A stretch of 64,000 nt of DNA from Anthoceros angustus (lineage: Eukaryota > Plantae > Anthocerotophyta), in NCBI GenBank assembly GCA_010909165.1, contig MU008181.1, positions 124,001 through 188,000 of the forward strand. The letters are read 5' to 3'. The notes under the pieces were generated by a model. It ran no database searches and was not told the origin of the DNA. It saw only the letters and a list, made by a program, of their open reading frames with translations. Within the stretch, counting starts at the first letter, position 1. The number at the start of each line of letters is the position of its first letter. The position numbers and the translations under genes were made by a program. Positions 61,998-64,000 of the stretch are shown in pieces.

Positions 61998-62395
61998 CTA
62001 ATCAACGATTGTGAGAAGAAAAAAGCTTTTTGCAAGGCCATCGAATAAAACCTGAAGAAGGGGCTCCTTGATTCCAGCGGGATGTTGGTCATGATGGGAA
62101 CGATGATCGTGGTGGGCATGATTCCCTTCCTCGATTTCTACAGAAAGAGCTCGTAGTCGGACGGACTCCTCACGGGCCCATGAGACCAACAGCAGCCCGA
62201 TGATGATGCAAATTGTCCCCAAGATGCTGCAAAAACGCAATGAGGAGGAATCAGCACCTTCGGGTTGCATCGGACAAACAAAAAGAGTGAGAAGGAGCTG
62301 GGAGACAGACCTGCCAAGGTAGAGGGCACTTCCTAGAAAGATGAGACCCATAACCGCTGATCATGACGAGCACACAAAGCATCCCTCACCTGTCT
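61998..62395 (-). CDS. WAT1-related / UMAMIT (MtN21, EamA) transporter, last exons
   Basis: MGLIFLGSALYLGS|ILGTICIIIGLLLVSWAREE is the typical last transmembrane helix; a His-rich tail and a stop at 61998 follow. Confidence 0.8.
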
Positions 62396-62399
62396 TCCG

Positions 62400-63514
62400 C
62401 TGTGACCGCAATGCCCGATCCATCCCTGGCTGAACCGAGTGATTGATGCCATGCACACTGAATTCAGCTCTCCGCAATTGAAGACCGCAATGCCCGATCA
62501 ATCTGTGGCTGATCAATCCACTTCCTACACACAGGCTTGCAAGGCAAACGACAGCGCCTGCCCGCCACTGCGCTCCCCGTCAGCTCCCAGTTGCAACGAA
62601 GGTTGCAGCTGGAGGCCGGAAGCTGAAGGTCAGCAGAGATGTGCTGAGGATTTTGGGAATGTGAATTCCAACACCATCCTGTATGTGCTGGATTACATGA
62701 GGGAGGCGAATTTGAAAAGGAAGAAGCTGCTTGCGGCGGGCTTTCCTGCCTGCGGACGAGTTTAGAACACGATCCAGAGTGGGGTCTGCTCATGGCGTTT
62801 GGACCGGGAATTACCATGGAAGGTATATTGATTAGGAACCTGATTTAGAGGCAGCTTTACGCTTCTTGCTGAATCAAGTTAGTCAGGGATGTTCAACAGT
62901 GGCATGCACATGGCGGAGCATTGAGAGTTTTGAACACTAACGTTGATAGCTGCGCATGCGAGCAGGCAAGAACACCACTGTGAAGACGAGGTACGTGGTG
63001 ATGAACCAGGGGATCTTGGAAGCGCACCCGGAGTTCATGGACGAAAAGATCCCAGCATACGGCAAAAGCTGCAAGTGTGCGGGGAAGCGCTGGAGAAGCT
63101 TAGTGTGGAAGCAGCCAACAATTGCCTCGCCAGTGGGGACGCGATCGCTCCAGCATTACGCACTTCATCTACGTATCCTCCAGCGAGGTAAAATGAAGAT
63201 CTCGCTTCAATGATCAGATGGCCCCGATCCATCCCTGGCTGAACCTATTGATTGATGCCATGCACACTGAATTCAGCTCTCCGCAATTGAAGACCGCAAT
63301 GCCCGATCAATCTGTGGCTGAACCGAGTGATTGATGCCGTCCATGCTGTCTTCCGCTGTGACCGCAATCTCGTCGGCTTCTAAAGGAAATTCCGATTCTG
63401 ATGACGTTCGTGCTCTCCATGATTCTTCTGCTCTCAGGTGCGGCTGCCGGGGAGATCTGCTGGTCGCGCAGGCCCTAGGGCTGAGCCCGGACGTGAACCG
63501 CGTCATGCTCTACA
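62400..63514 (+). pseudogene. Scrambled ASCL fragments (intron 2, 5' leader, C-terminal exon, intron 1, exon 2, start of exon 3)
   Basis: Each piece matches a segment of 56200-58860, but the order is shuffled. Confidence 0.8.
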
Positions 63515-64000
63515 GCTGATGCAGCTGAAAGGCCCACTTCAGCACGGCCGAGAGGCCGGTGCCTGCCACAATGGGGCCTTGATAGAAAGTCATAATGATA
63601 GACCCGGCACAGCAGATGACGATTCCCGCCACCTTGGCCTGCCCATCGCGTCTGTACCAGTGCACAATCTCCACGCTGCAACAGACCGGTGCATCAGAAT
63701 GGCCGAATCATTTCAAGCAGCAATGCCACGGGCAACGGTGACAAGCTCCTGATGCAGCTCACCCAAACACGATGGCGATGATGGCCGTGAACACCGGCAC
63801 GGAAGGCTGCATCGCAGCTGAGAAACCGGCGGACGTGTACTGGATGCCGATGAAGAGCAGAATCTGACTTCCATAAATCCTGCAACACCAAACATTCTCC
63901 TCTCAGCCAGTTGCAAGGCAACAAAACCGGCACATTCCAAACGGCTACAGCGGAAGTGACCAACACACCCAGTCAGTCCGAGCAAGAAGAAATGCGCGAC
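63515..64000 (-). CDS. WAT1-related / UMAMIT transporter, upstream exons (gene continues beyond the window)
   Basis: VAHFFLLGLTG|IYGSQILLFIGIQYTSAGFSAAMQPSVPVFTAIIAIVFG|VEIVHWYRRDGQAKVAGIVICCAGSIIMTFYQGP, with GT-AG introns. Confidence 0.85.

Overview
Land-plant nuclear DNA; a 'WW'-type PPR C-terminus suggests a hornwort/fern-type lineage (inference). The left half is ordinary gene space: the 3' end of a signal-peptide-peptidase gene, a small orphan ORF, an intronless ~29-repeat PLS-class PPR gene, an intronless HSP70/HSPA12-fold pseudo-ATPase fused to a RING finger, NUP188, ARL8 and CCDC22. It also holds a degenerate CRE-like non-LTR retrotransposon flanked by a 43-bp direct repeat. The middle (34-45.7 kb) is repeat-rich: a 4 x 0.8-kb tandem array, a solo LTR with a 5-bp TSD, and two same-family Copia halves joined in inverted orientation. 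The right end (45.7-64 kb) is a shuffled mosaic of three genes: an ASCL/LAP6-type polyketide synthase, a second PLS-PPR gene with very homogeneous 306-bp triplets, and a WAT1/UMAMIT transporter. The pieces are repeatedly joined through 9-10-bp microhomologies, and single-base indels are frequent, so this may be real template-switching rearrangement or a long-read assembly artefact. No rRNA, tRNA or CRISPR features were recognised. All family assignments come from motif recognition by eye, not database searches.
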